From a virus: 64,000 nucleotides of DNA. Positions 46,095-55,655 of this stretch are shown piece after piece. The stretch is from the IMG/VR virus record IMGVR_UViG_3300023174_000080, positions 32,001-96,000 of that record; one strand, 5' to 3'. The notes under the pieces are model-generated. The model made no database searches, was not told the origin of the DNA, and saw only the letters and a list, made by a program, of their open reading frames with translations. A program made the translations under genes and the position numbers. Position 1 is the stretch's first letter, and every line of letters begins with the position of its first letter.

Positions 46095-46530
46095 AAGGGC
46101 GCTATACGAATCCCACCAGCCTTGGGAAATTCCATTAGCACAATATTTTGTTGTTATTCGTGATTTAGTTGATAAAGGAAAAGGTGAAGATAATAGAGAG
46201 AAGTTTATTAAACATATAAATAAATTAACTGGCGGTGATTATGTTAATGCTATCAAATATATGGATGGAAAAGTAGATTATAATCTATATGGCACCGTTG
46301 CTTCTCTTTTAATAAATCAAAAGCCAAATGTTCCAGCAATGTTGCCAAATTCATATAAAACAACCAATCCAAGATATAAAGATATGAGCGATGTTCGTAG
46401 TCCATATGCTACAAATGCTCCCCCTACACATAATCGTAGACCGCAGCCTATATCACAAGAATATCAAGATGATCCAAGAAAAAATCCTGTAACTAGAAAA
46501 GAAAAAAAGAATTCAGTTCACGAGGAATAA
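46036..46530 (+). CDS. Probable internal head protein
   Basis: N-terminal 'MKINKIFLIQIIKEEIKRALYES' resembles the N-termini of ORFs in the head cluster; the true start may be the second Met. Confidence 0.55.
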   Translation: MKNMKINKIFLIQIIKEEIKRALYESHQPWEIPLAQYFVVIRDLVDKGKGEDNREKFIKHINKLTGGDYVNAIKYMDGKVDYNLYGTVASLLINQKPNVPAMLPNSYKTTNPRYKDMSDVRSPYATNAPPTHNRRPQPISQEYQDDPRKNPVTRKEKKNSVHEE

Positions 46531-46534
46531 AGAA

Positions 46535-46729
46535 ATGTCTGAACGTCCACAAAGCGGCGGTAAAAGTGAAGGAAAAAGATGTGGTGGTGCTTGTAAACAT
46601 AGCAGCACATATCACCAAGTAAAATGGTTTGATAAATATACAAACATGTATTATTATGGATGCTCATATGTAGATTGCAAATGTATGAATTATGTAGCCA
46701 CTGATATTGATAATACAGAAATAAGATAG
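46535..46729 (+). CDS. Small Cys/His-rich metal-binding protein
   Basis: GAGGA RBS; C-GGA-C-K-H-x4-H ... C-x4-C-K-C pattern. Confidence 0.6.
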   Translation: MSERPQSGGKSEGKRCGGACKHSSTYHQVKWFDKYTNMYYYGCSYVDCKCMNYVATDIDNTEIR

Positions 46730-46758
46730 TTGACAGCAGGTAGATTAATAGATATAGT
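46730..46758 (+). promoter_or_regulatory. Sigma70-type early/middle promoter
   Basis: TTGACA-N17-TATAGT in the gap upstream of the SbcCD-like gene. Confidence 0.8.
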
Positions 46759-46789
46759 GCCCGTTAGGTTTGTCTTAACGGGCATTTTT
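46758..46789 (+). terminator. Rho-independent terminator overlapping the promoter start site
   Basis: TGCCCGTTAGG-tttgt-CTTAACGGGCA stem followed by TTTTT. Confidence 0.8.
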
Positions 46790-46821
46790 GTATCATGTAC
46801 AATTGCCACATTGGAGAACAA

Positions 46822-49800
46822 ATGAAAATTTTGCACTTGGCCGATACGCATATTAAGAACTTGAAACACCATGATGAATATACGCAAATATTTAATGAAG
46901 TATACCGTATTGCCCGCGAACAGAGAGTTGATTTAATTATTCATTGCGGCGACATAGCTCATACTAAAACACAAATTAGTCCAGAGTTTGTTGATATGGC
47001 AAGTGAGTTCTTCAAAAATCTTGCCTCTATCGCTCCTACCCATGTAATTCTTGGTAATCACGATGTGAATCTAAAAAATGATTCACGGCAAGATTCTATT
47101 ACACCAATTATTAAAGCACTTAATTTATCAAATCTTTTTCTTCATAAGTATTCCGGCGAAATCTCAATTAATTCTCAATTTAGTTTGAATATATTGAGCA
47201 TTATTGATGAGGACAAATGGGTTAAACCAAGCAACGCCGAAAAAATTAATATTGGTCTTTTTCATGGTGCCATTTCAGGCATCACTACAGATACTGGGTA
47301 TCAATTAGAGTCAGACGTTCATCTTGTAGATGTATACGATGGACATGATTATGTATTTCTTGGCGATATTCATAAAACAAATCAAGCTGTAGATAAAGAA
47401 GGAAGAGTTCGTTATCCCGGCTCAACTGTTCAGCAAGGTTTTGCTGAAACGGTTGACAAAGGATTTTTAATTTGGGATATTCAGTCAAAAACTGATTATA
47501 CGTGTACTCATTATGCTATCAAAAATCCAAAACCATATGTTAACATTACTCTTGGAGATCAAGGTGAAGTTCCAATCGTTGATGTTGCTCCTAATGCTCG
47601 CATCCGTATTATTGCCGACAAAAGCATTTCATTGGATAAAATTAAAAAAGCAACTGATATTATCAAAACTAATTTTCAACCTGAAAGCGTAACGTTTATA
47701 AGTAAAGCGTCTGATAATAAAACTAGTCAGAGTGCTTCTGCCATAACTCACGCAGATAATCTACGTGATTTAGGTTTTCAAGAAAAATTAATTCGTGAAT
47801 ATTTAAAAGAATATAAAGCCAATGAAGAGATTTTATTAAAAGTTCTTGAACTAAATAAAAAGTTCTCTTCTGCAATTGAAGAAGGAGAAGAAACATACCG
47901 CAATATTAATTGGAAATTAAAATCTCTTGAATGGGATAATCTTTTTAATTATGGCGAAGGTAATAAAATAGATTTCACTAATCTCAATGGCATTGTTGGT
48001 ATATTTGGAAAAAACTATACCGGTAAATCATCAGTGATAGATGCGTTGCTTTATACAATTTTTAATACTACATCAAAAAATAATAGAAAAAACCTAAATG
48101 TCATAAATCAAAATGCAGAATCTGCTTTTGGTAAAGTCACAATTGACATTGATGGTGAAGAATACCTTATTGATCGTAAAAGTGAAAAATATATTAAAAA
48201 AAGTAAAGGTGTAGAAGTAATTGAAGCCAAAACTGATGTTCAATTTACGACTGATTCTGAATCTTTAAATGGCCTTGCGCGCAATGATACAGATAAAAAC
48301 ATTCGTCGTTTTTTTGGAACAGTAGATGATTTCTTTTTAACCTCTATGGCTAGCCAATTTGGATATCTTTCTTTCATTACAGAAGGATCTACAAATCGCA
48401 AGCAGATATTGGCTAAATTTCTTGATTTAGAGACTTTTGAAAAGAAATTTAAAATGGCTAAAGAAGAAAGTTCCGAACTTAAATCTCTTCTTAAAAAGTT
48501 AGAAGGGGTTAATTATGAAAAAGATATTTTCTTAGCTCAAGAAGAAATTTCTAAAATAGAAATAGAAATTGAGATGAAAAAATCGTCTATTGATGATCTA
48601 AAGAATAATATTTCTCTAGCTAATCAATCTTTGGCTGAAATACAAGTAGCTATTAATAGCATGCCAACAGAAATAATTGATTATAAATCTCTAGAAATAT
48701 CTTTGAAAAATTATATATTTAAACTTAATGAACTAACTGAGACAAATAATAAATTACAAATTGATTGCGAAAAGAAAACCTTATTATTAAATGAGATCAA
48801 TAATTTGTTGTCTAATATTGATGAAAAAGAATTAAGAAAAAAAGATAGTGAACTTGCTTCTCTATCAAAAGAAGTTATTTCTTTAGAAAAAAAATATGAT
48901 GTTCTAAGCAATGAACTCTCTAATAGAGATAATAAAATTAAACTTTTAAATGAAATTCCTTGCGGAGATTCGTATCCAAGTTGTAAATTTATTAAAGATG
49001 CTTTTGCTGCTAAGACAGGTTACAGCAGCATTTTTGATCAAAATATTGAAATTAGTAATGATTTAAGTTCAAAAAGATCATCTGCGATAAGTTTAGAAGA
49101 AGAAGTAAAAGAACAGAATGATAGATTTAAGTCTTTAACGCAGAAATGTTTTATTCTTAAGGATTCAATTGCTAAAAATGAACTTATGATTGAAAAAAAT
49201 CGATCTTCTATACATATTACGGAAGGTAATATACAGACATTAAAGAAAAAGCTAGAAGAATACAATAAAAATAAACAAAAAATACAAAACTATCAAGATC
49301 TTTTATCTAAAAAAGATACTAAAAATAGTATTTTAACTAATTTTTCTAAAGAATTGAATTCTTTTGAGAAAGAATTATTGGAAATGTATAAAAATCATGG
49401 TTCTATAACTCAAAAATACGAAATTTTTGTTAAACAAAAAGAAGAACTAGAAAAAATTCGTAAAGATTATGCTGCTTATGATTTATATCTATCCTGTATG
49501 CACCCTAATGGGCTTTCATATGAAATAATAAAGAGTAAACTACCAGAGATTAATCAAGAAATAGCTAAAATATTGTCTAATATTGTTGATTTCTCTATTT
49601 ATTTAGAGAATGATGACGATAAACTAGATATTATGATTAAACATCCAAAATATGATGCCAGACCGCTTGAAATGGGAAGCGGAGCAGAAAAAACTCTTGC
49701 TTCAACGGCTATTAGATTAGCGCTTATAAGCGTTACGACTCTACCAAAACCAGACATTTTTGTAATGGATGAGCCGGGAACTGCTTTAGATGCAGAGAAC

Positions 49801-49947
49801 TTAGATGGATTTACAAAAATATTAGATCTAGTTAAAAGCTATTTTAAAACTGTGATACTTATATCACATTTAGATAGCTTAAAAGATTGTGTTGATACGC
49901 AAATAATCATAGATCGTAAAGAAGGATATGCTTATATAAATCAATAG
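46822..49947 (+). CDS. Fused SbcD/Mre11 nuclease + SbcC/Rad50 ATPase (T4 gp47-gp46-like)
   Basis: Phosphoesterase motifs LADTH, CGD, LGNHD, FHG and LGDIH; Walker A GKNYTGKS; long coiled coil; SGAE signature; Walker B FVMDEP; ISH. The start is moved to the ATG at 46822, which follows GGAG (track start 46795). Confidence 0.92.
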   Translation: MKILHLADTHIKNLKHHDEYTQIFNEVYRIAREQRVDLIIHCGDIAHTKTQISPEFVDMASEFFKNLASIAPTHVILGNHDVNLKNDSRQDSITPIIKALNLSNLFLHKYSGEISINSQFSLNILSIIDEDKWVKPSNAEKINIGLFHGAISGITTDTGYQLESDVHLVDVYDGHDYVFLGDIHKTNQAVDKEGRVRYPGSTVQQGFAETVDKGFLIWDIQSKTDYTCTHYAIKNPKPYVNITLGDQGEVPIVDVAPNARIRIIADKSISLDKIKKATDIIKTNFQPESVTFISKASDNKTSQSASAITHADNLRDLGFQEKLIREYLKEYKANEEILLKVLELNKKFSSAIEEGEETYRNINWKLKSLEWDNLFNYGEGNKIDFTNLNGIVGIFGKNYTGKSSVIDALLYTIFNTTSKNNRKNLNVINQNAESAFGKVTIDIDGEEYLIDRKSEKYIKKSKGVEVIEAKTDVQFTTDSESLNGLARNDTDKNIRRFFGTVDDFFLTSMASQFGYLSFITEGSTNRKQILAKFLDLETFEKKFKMAKEESSELKSLLKKLEGVNYEKDIFLAQEEISKIEIEIEMKKSSIDDLKNNISLANQSLAEIQVAINSMPTEIIDYKSLEISLKNYIFKLNELTETNNKLQIDCEKKTLLLNEINNLLSNIDEKELRKKDSELASLSKEVISLEKKYDVLSNELSNRDNKIKLLNEIPCGDSYPSCKFIKDAFAAKTGYSSIFDQNIEISNDLSSKRSSAISLEEEVKEQNDRFKSLTQKCFILKDSIAKNELMIEKNRSSIHITEGNIQTLKKKLEEYNKNKQKIQNYQDLLSKKDTKNSILTNFSKELNSFEKELLEMYKNHGSITQKYEIFVKQKEELEKIRKDYAAYDLYLSCMHPNGLSYEIIKSKLPEINQEIAKILSNIVDFSIYLENDDDKLDIMIKHPKYDARPLEMGSGAEKTLASTAIRLALISVTTLPKPDIFVMDEPGTALDAENLDGFTKILDLVKSYFKTVILISHLDSLKDCVDTQIIIDRKEGYAYINQ

Positions 49948-49956
49948 GAGGATTAA

Positions 49957-50244
49957 ATGTCTAATATGGGTATAAAAGATGAAGTTAAAGAAGAGTTAAG
50001 TGATTTGGATAAACGTATGGAAGCGGAACGTAAGAAATTAGATGGCTCTAGGCTTGGTATAATTGACTTAGTTACAGAAAAATTTGTCTCTCGTAAGCTT
50101 TTAGTATGGGGAATAGCAACATTATTGTTATGGACAGCAAAGATAACGCCTGATGAATGGACTGCAATTTCTCTAGGATATGTAGGCATTGAAGGAATGG
50201 CCGATTTAGCAGTTAAATGGCGTACAGCTAGTAAAAAGGAATAA
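49957..50244 (+). CDS. Small two-TM membrane protein, holin-like
   Basis: AGGAGG RBS; 'VSRKLLVWGIATLLLW...WTAISLGYVGIEG' and a basic C-terminus. Confidence 0.55.
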   Translation: MSNMGIKDEVKEELSDLDKRMEAERKKLDGSRLGIIDLVTEKFVSRKLLVWGIATLLLWTAKITPDEWTAISLGYVGIEGMADLAVKWRTASKKE

Positions 50245-50247
50245 TAT

Positions 50248-50646
50248 ATGATTAAATTAAAACAATTATGGAATAAATTTCGTGTTTGGATTGGATTATT
50301 AGTTGCAGGTATTGCTATAAGTTTCCTTGTTCTTAGGAAACACGTAGGAGATGGTTTAGAACAACAAAGAGAACAATATAAAAAAGAAAATGAAGCAAAA
50401 GAAGCGGCTGAAAAAAAGATTGTAGAAGAAAAACAAAAGATTGAAGAGAAAAAAATAGAAGAAGTAGCAAAAGTTGATGAAGAAAAAAAGAAAAAGTTAA
50501 AAGAAGCAGTAGAAAAAGCAAAAGAACAAAGAGACAATCTAAAAAAATTAGAAAAACGTGATCAACAAGGTTTTGTTATGGCTGTTGAAGAAGAGTTAGG
50601 AGTCAAGCAAAAGAAAAAGAAAGGTAAACGTAAGAAAGATGAATAA
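50248..50646 (+). CDS. Membrane-anchored coiled-coil protein (i-spanin-like)
   Basis: N-terminal TM (VWIGLLVAGIAISFLVL) followed by an E/K-rich coiled coil; follows the holin-like gene. Confidence 0.5.
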   Translation: MIKLKQLWNKFRVWIGLLVAGIAISFLVLRKHVGDGLEQQREQYKKENEAKEAAEKKIVEEKQKIEEKKIEEVAKVDEEKKKKLKEAVEKAKEQRDNLKKLEKRDQQGFVMAVEEELGVKQKKKKGKRKKDE

Positions 50647-51130
50647 TTACAAGTCTTTTATATCTATTATTACGCTGCTAGCGTTCCTAGCGGTGCGGAT
50701 TCCTATTGCCTATGCTTTGCCACCACAAAATGGTGGCATTGTAGAGGATGAATATGAAGATGGTGATTTTTCTATTGTCAAAACTGGTGAAGAAGTGCCT
50801 TATGATGGTTTTTTGTTTGATGCTGAAGGTTTGGCTAAAGTAATTGCTAATAAAAACTTTCAGTTAGATAAATTAAAAATAGAAAAAGATAATGAAATAG
50901 CAAAACTTAATATAGAAATAAAATATCTTAAAGAACAACATATATTAGAAATTAAAACTAAAGATGAACTGAATGATAATATAATTTCTATTAAAGATAA
51001 AAGAATAGAACAATTAGAAGATAGTAAAAAATGGGAAGATGTTAAATTATTTAGTTCAATGTTATTAGGAATGGCTTTATCAGTAGTTATATTTTATGCA
51101 GCGGTGAAAATACAAAATGTCAATCAATAA
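50639..51130 (+). CDS. Exported protein with coiled coil and C-terminal TM (spanin-partner-like)
   Basis: Signal-like N-terminus ending 'AYA', 'GEEVPYDGFLF', coiled coil, C-terminal hydrophobic helix; overlaps the previous gene. Confidence 0.5.
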   Translation: MNNYKSFISIITLLAFLAVRIPIAYALPPQNGGIVEDEYEDGDFSIVKTGEEVPYDGFLFDAEGLAKVIANKNFQLDKLKIEKDNEIAKLNIEIKYLKEQHILEIKTKDELNDNIISIKDKRIEQLEDSKKWEDVKLFSSMLLGMALSVVIFYAAVKIQNVNQ

Positions 51131-51509
51131 AAAAGATCCTAATTATATTGTCGCTTTAGAAAAAGCAGTTAAAGAAAAATACGGTGAATTAGCAACCATG
51201 CATCCAAAATACTTCTGGAATCAAGAAAAAGAACGAGAATATATATCTGACAGCAAAGAAGTAACAAAAAAGCTGCTAAACAATGAACAATCCAGAGAAA
51301 AAGTAGACTTAGGCGGGATTTTAATACCTAAGAAACTAATTAATAAAAATGAACATAAGACATGTTCTGCGTGTAAAGAGTATAGTTTTGATAAAAAAGA
51401 TGATGTTTATTTAAACAAATATATTGCTTGTTATAAATGTTATGTAAAATTTATAGAAGGTAGAGAAGAAAGATGGTTGTCAGGTTGGAAACCAAACGGA
51501 GACAAATAA
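51117..51509 (+). CDS. Hypothetical zinc-finger protein
   Basis: CSAC...CYKC pair and C-terminal 'EGREERWLSGWKP'. Confidence 0.6.
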   Translation: MSINKKDPNYIVALEKAVKEKYGELATMHPKYFWNQEKEREYISDSKEVTKKLLNNEQSREKVDLGGILIPKKLINKNEHKTCSACKEYSFDKKDDVYLNKYIACYKCYVKFIEGREERWLSGWKPNGDK

Positions 51510-52019
51510 ATGGCTAGTATTTTAGAAGTTATAAACGGTATCTCAGAAGTTTTAAAAGCCAAACACCATGGCGGTTCTGAAATTGGCTTAAAACGTGAAA
51601 CTGAGGATTTAGTACAAGGTGTCTCCATATACGATCCAAGAGTTATGGATGGTTTTGGTATCCAGTATCAAGGCAACAACATTATTGTTAAGTATCATAG
51701 TGAAATGCCATTAAAAAGCGTACATGATAAAAACTTTGAAACTGACATTCGCAGAACAGTAAAAGATATTACTAATTTTATTAAATCAGAATATAAAAAA
51801 GTTAATAAAAGTAGCCTAGACTTAACTGAAAAAGGTGATATTAATATTCTTGTTCAAACTGCAAATCGTAGAACCGCTTATGTAAATGCTTCTCAGGTTT
51901 ATGAAATTGGTAACGTAGAGGGTTTTTCAAAAGAAGAAAAACCAATGCAGCAAACTTATGCAGATATAGCAAAGCGCTGGTTGATGAACGTCAAGCAACC
52001 AAAGACTTATATTAAATAG
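51510..52019 (+). CDS. Hypothetical protein (probably virion-associated)
   Basis: GGAG RBS, abuts the previous stop, precedes the terminase. Confidence 0.55.
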   Translation: MASILEVINGISEVLKAKHHGGSEIGLKRETEDLVQGVSIYDPRVMDGFGIQYQGNNIIVKYHSEMPLKSVHDKNFETDIRRTVKDITNFIKSEYKKVNKSSLDLTEKGDINILVQTANRRTAYVNASQVYEIGNVEGFSKEEKPMQQTYADIAKRWLMNVKQPKTYIK

Positions 52020-52034
52020 GTAAAAGGTAATGGC

Positions 52035-53615
52035 ATGGCGTATAAGTTATCTAAAGAAGAGATGACTAAAGAAATCTTGAAGTGTGGCAGAGAGCCTGCC
52101 TACTTTCTAGATAATTATGCCAAAATAGTACATCAAGAACGCGGTCTAATACCATTTAAGACATTTAAATTCCAGAAAAATCTATTAAACGATTTCCATG
52201 ATCATAGATTTAATATTATATTGAAATCTCGTCAAATGGGTATTTCAACTATTGTATCTGGATATATCGCTTGGATGATGCTTTTCCACAAAGAAAAGAA
52301 CGTTCTTGTAATGGCAACAAAATTAAATACCGCAATTGAAATAGTGGAAAAAGTTAAAGATATTATTGATTCAGTACCTTCGTGGCTAAAATTAGCACAA
52401 ATTAGCGTCAACAATAAAACAAAACTTGAATTAGATAACGGTTCTAAAATTCAAGGTGTTCCTACTTCTAAAGATGCTGGTCGATCACAAGCTCTTTCCC
52501 TTCTTGTACTTGATGAAGCGGCGCACGTAGAAGAAATGGATGAATTATGGACAGGCTTGTTACCAACACTTTCTACTGGTGGTCGTTGTATAGCTCTTTC
52601 GACTCCTAACGGCGTTGGTAATTGGTTTCATAAAACCTATGTAGATTCCGAGAGTGCATCTAACAATTTCAAACCAACTAAATTACCTTGGACATTACAT
52701 CCTGAATATACACAGGAATGGTTTGATAATATGACTCGTAACATGAGCAAACGACAAATCGCTCAAGAGTTTGAATGTAATTTCAATGCGTCTGGTGAAA
52801 CGGTAGTTGTCGCAGAAGACATAGCCAGAATGAAAAAAACTATTCAAGAACCTAAAAGAAAAACTTGGATAGACAGAAATTATTATATCTGGAAAGAGTT
52901 TGATAATGGTGGTTCTTATTTATTAACTGCTGACGTTGCTCGCGGCGACGGAAGAGATTATTCCGTATTTCATGTTCTTGATGTAAAAAACATGGAACAG
53001 GTGGCAGAATATCAAGGAAAAATAGATCTTGATAGTTTTGCAAGATTACTTTTTGATGTTGGAAGAGAATATGGAAATTGTATGATAGTAGTAGAAAATA
53101 ATAATATTGGTTATTCTGTATTAACTAAATTAGTTGATATGCAATATCCAAATATATTTTATTCTACTAAAGGATCTCATGAATTTGTAGACGGACTAAA
53201 TTATAATCAATATTCTAGTAATACAGTACCGGGGTTCTCTACTTCGATGAAAACAAGACCACTTATTGTTGCTAAATTAGATGAATATATAAGAAATAAA
53301 ACTCTTATTATAAATTCAAAACGTACAATAAATGAATTAGATACTTTTGTGTGGATTAATGGCCGTCCAGAAGCTCAAAAAGGTTATAACGATGATTTAG
53401 TTATGTCTTTGGCTATTGGATGTTGGGTTAGAGATACAGCTGTTATTAACAACGAAAGAAATTTAGAGTATTCTAAAGCGTTCTTAAATTCTATAGGTAA
53501 AACAAATACCATTCTACACACACAAATAAAAGATTTCAGAGAGCAAGATAAATATAGACAGCAAGAACAAGCTAAGAAAATGTATCAAGATTATATTTGG
53601 GTCATTAAAGGTTAA
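52035..53615 (+). CDS. terL: Terminase large subunit
   Basis: 'KSRQMGIST' P-loop, Walker B 'LLVLDEAA', 'STPNG', 'QEFEC', nuclease 'ADVARG', 'VENN' and 'NDDLVMS'. Confidence 0.95.
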   Translation: MAYKLSKEEMTKEILKCGREPAYFLDNYAKIVHQERGLIPFKTFKFQKNLLNDFHDHRFNIILKSRQMGISTIVSGYIAWMMLFHKEKNVLVMATKLNTAIEIVEKVKDIIDSVPSWLKLAQISVNNKTKLELDNGSKIQGVPTSKDAGRSQALSLLVLDEAAHVEEMDELWTGLLPTLSTGGRCIALSTPNGVGNWFHKTYVDSESASNNFKPTKLPWTLHPEYTQEWFDNMTRNMSKRQIAQEFECNFNASGETVVVAEDIARMKKTIQEPKRKTWIDRNYYIWKEFDNGGSYLLTADVARGDGRDYSVFHVLDVKNMEQVAEYQGKIDLDSFARLLFDVGREYGNCMIVVENNNIGYSVLTKLVDMQYPNIFYSTKGSHEFVDGLNYNQYSSNTVPGFSTSMKTRPLIVAKLDEYIRNKTLIINSKRTINELDTFVWINGRPEAQKGYNDDLVMSLAIGCWVRDTAVINNERNLEYSKAFLNSIGKTNTILHTQIKDFREQDKYRQQEQAKKMYQDYIWVIKG

Positions 53616-53620
53616 TAAAC

Positions 53621-55651
53621 ATGTCAGAAAATAATAAAGTTAGAGATGCAAATGCAGCAAATTCTAAAGAAGAAAAAAAAGAAAATGAAAAAAATCCTAG
53701 AAATAGCTTATCGCCACTTTATATTGGCTTAACTAGATTATTTTCTGGCCCTTTAGCTACATTCCGTTCCCAATCCCCTATTAGACAAAAACGTAGGGAC
53801 TTAGATAGATATAAATTTACAAGTACAAGCGGTCAAAGTTTTAAAAAGAAAAGCTATAATCCTTTTGAAGCCATTCAAAGTAACATAATGGCTAATCAAA
53901 CACGGGCAGAACGTTATAGTGATTTTGATCAAATGGAATTCATGCCAGAACTTGCTTCAGCATTAGATATTTATGCTGATGAAATGACTACTAGTAATGC
54001 TTTTCGTGATGTTGTAATTGTAGATTGTAGAAATGAAGAAATAAAAAACATATTACATAATTTATATTTTAAAGTATTAAATCTTGAATCTAATTTATTT
54101 TCTTGGTGTAGAACAATGTGTAAGTTTGGTGATTTCTTTTTATATCTAGATATCGATGAAAAACTTGGTGTAAAAAATGTATTAGGGTTGCCATCGCCAG
54201 AATTAGAAAGACTAGAAGGAGAAGATGAATCAAATCCAAACTATGTTCAGTTTCAATGGAATAGTGCCGGTATGACATTTGAAAGCTGGCAAATAGCTCA
54301 TTTTCGTATTCTTGGACAAGATAAATATTCTCCATATGGAACTTCCATTTTAGAACCTGCTCGTCGTATATGGCGTCAATTACAACTAATGGAAGACGCC
54401 ATGATGGCATATCGTATCGTAAGAGCGCCAGAACGCCGAGTGTTTTATATTGATGTAGGTAACGTAGCCCCGCAAGAAGTAGAACAATATATTCAGAAGA
54501 TCATTACTGGATTGAAAAGAAATCAGATCGTCGATCCAAGTACTGGTCGTGTAGATTTACGCTATAATCCAATGAGCGTAGATGAAGACTTTTATATTCC
54601 TGTTCGTGGTTCAACTAGTGCAACAAAAATTGAAAATTTACCGGGTGGACAGTTCCAAGGTGATATCGATGACGTACAATATTTACGTGATAAATTGTTT
54701 TCAGCAATAAAAATTCCACAATCTTATTTAACGAGTGCAAAAGATAAAGCAGCAGATGACAAAAGCACATTAGCGCAAAAAGATATACGTTTTGCGCGCA
54801 CAATTCAACGTCTACAGAGAGTAATAATTTCAGAATTAGTTAAAATTGGCATTATTCATTTGTACACAATAGGTTATCGTAATGAAGACTTGTTAAGTTT
54901 TAATTTGAGACTTAATAATCCATCAAAAATTAGTGAATTGCAAGAATTAGAACATTTCTCTAAACAAGTGGCTGTTGCAAAAGATGCTAAAGAGCTTGGC
55001 TTTAGCTCAAGATGGATATACGAAAAGTTATTCCGTCTACAAGATTCAGAAATCTCAAGAATACAAAGAGATTTATATTTTGATAAATCTTTACAAGTAT
55101 CTCTTGAAGCGGTTGGTTCTGGTGATGCAGCAGATTCTTCTAGCGGCGCTGGTGGAAGCGCTATCCCAGATACTTCTGGTGCAGACACTGGCGGCGCTGG
55201 AGAAACAGCTGGAGGCACAGAAACTCCTCCTGCTGGCGCTGAAGCCTCCGCTACTGGTGGTGAAGAAGAAGGAAATCTATTAGCCGCTCCAGCTAGAAGA
55301 GCAGATGGTTCTCTTGAGGCGGCATATACTAAAAAAGGCTGGAAAGGAAAGACCTATATACCAGTTGTAAATGATCAAAGAAAAGAAGTAGGTATGAAAA
55401 AAAGCTTAAACAGAATAGTAAAACCAGAACCCACCTCTGGAGAGACTACAAGAAGCATCTTCCCAGATTTAAATGGCATGAAGAGTATTTCTAAAGGTTT
55501 ATATGAGTCTGAAGAAACAGAATTACATCAAAAAGATGAAAAATTTCTTTTAGAAATCGAAAATAAGTTACAATCATTATCTAAAAAACTATTTAATAAA
55601 GAAAAAGACCTAATAACTGAAGAAAAACAAGATATTGAGGATTTAAAATAA
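53621..55651 (+). CDS. gp20: Portal protein (T4 gp20-like)
   Basis: 'ALDIYADE', 'LMEDAMMAYRIVRAPERRVFYIDVGN', 'EDFYIPVR...IENLPGG', 'DIRFARTIQRLQ'. Confidence 0.95.
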   Translation: MSENNKVRDANAANSKEEKKENEKNPRNSLSPLYIGLTRLFSGPLATFRSQSPIRQKRRDLDRYKFTSTSGQSFKKKSYNPFEAIQSNIMANQTRAERYSDFDQMEFMPELASALDIYADEMTTSNAFRDVVIVDCRNEEIKNILHNLYFKVLNLESNLFSWCRTMCKFGDFFLYLDIDEKLGVKNVLGLPSPELERLEGEDESNPNYVQFQWNSAGMTFESWQIAHFRILGQDKYSPYGTSILEPARRIWRQLQLMEDAMMAYRIVRAPERRVFYIDVGNVAPQEVEQYIQKIITGLKRNQIVDPSTGRVDLRYNPMSVDEDFYIPVRGSTSATKIENLPGGQFQGDIDDVQYLRDKLFSAIKIPQSYLTSAKDKAADDKSTLAQKDIRFARTIQRLQRVIISELVKIGIIHLYTIGYRNEDLLSFNLRLNNPSKISELQELEHFSKQVAVAKDAKELGFSSRWIYEKLFRLQDSEISRIQRDLYFDKSLQVSLEAVGSGDAADSSSGAGGSAIPDTSGADTGGAGETAGGTETPPAGAEASATGGEEEGNLLAAPARRADGSLEAAYTKKGWKGKTYIPVVNDQRKEVGMKKSLNRIVKPEPTSGETTRSIFPDLNGMKSISKGLYESEETELHQKDEKFLLEIENKLQSLSKKLFNKEKDLITEEKQDIEDLK

Positions 55652-55655
55652 TCAA

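Noticed and set aside
46795-46821. ORF-track start of the SbcCD fusion at 46795
   Set aside because: The ATG at 46822 has a GGAG RBS and gives the typical 'MKILHLADTH' phosphoesterase start.
52222-52250. Terminase P-loop lacking the canonical GKT lysine (KSRQMGIST)
   Set aside because: KxRQxGx[ST] is a known deviant Walker A in many large terminases, so it is neither novel nor a sign of inactivation.
52035-55651. Inteins, introns or homing endonucleases in terminase or portal
   Set aside because: The terminase is of normal length with contiguous motifs; the portal's extra length is a low-complexity C-terminal tail. No intein or LAGLIDADG/HNH motifs were seen.
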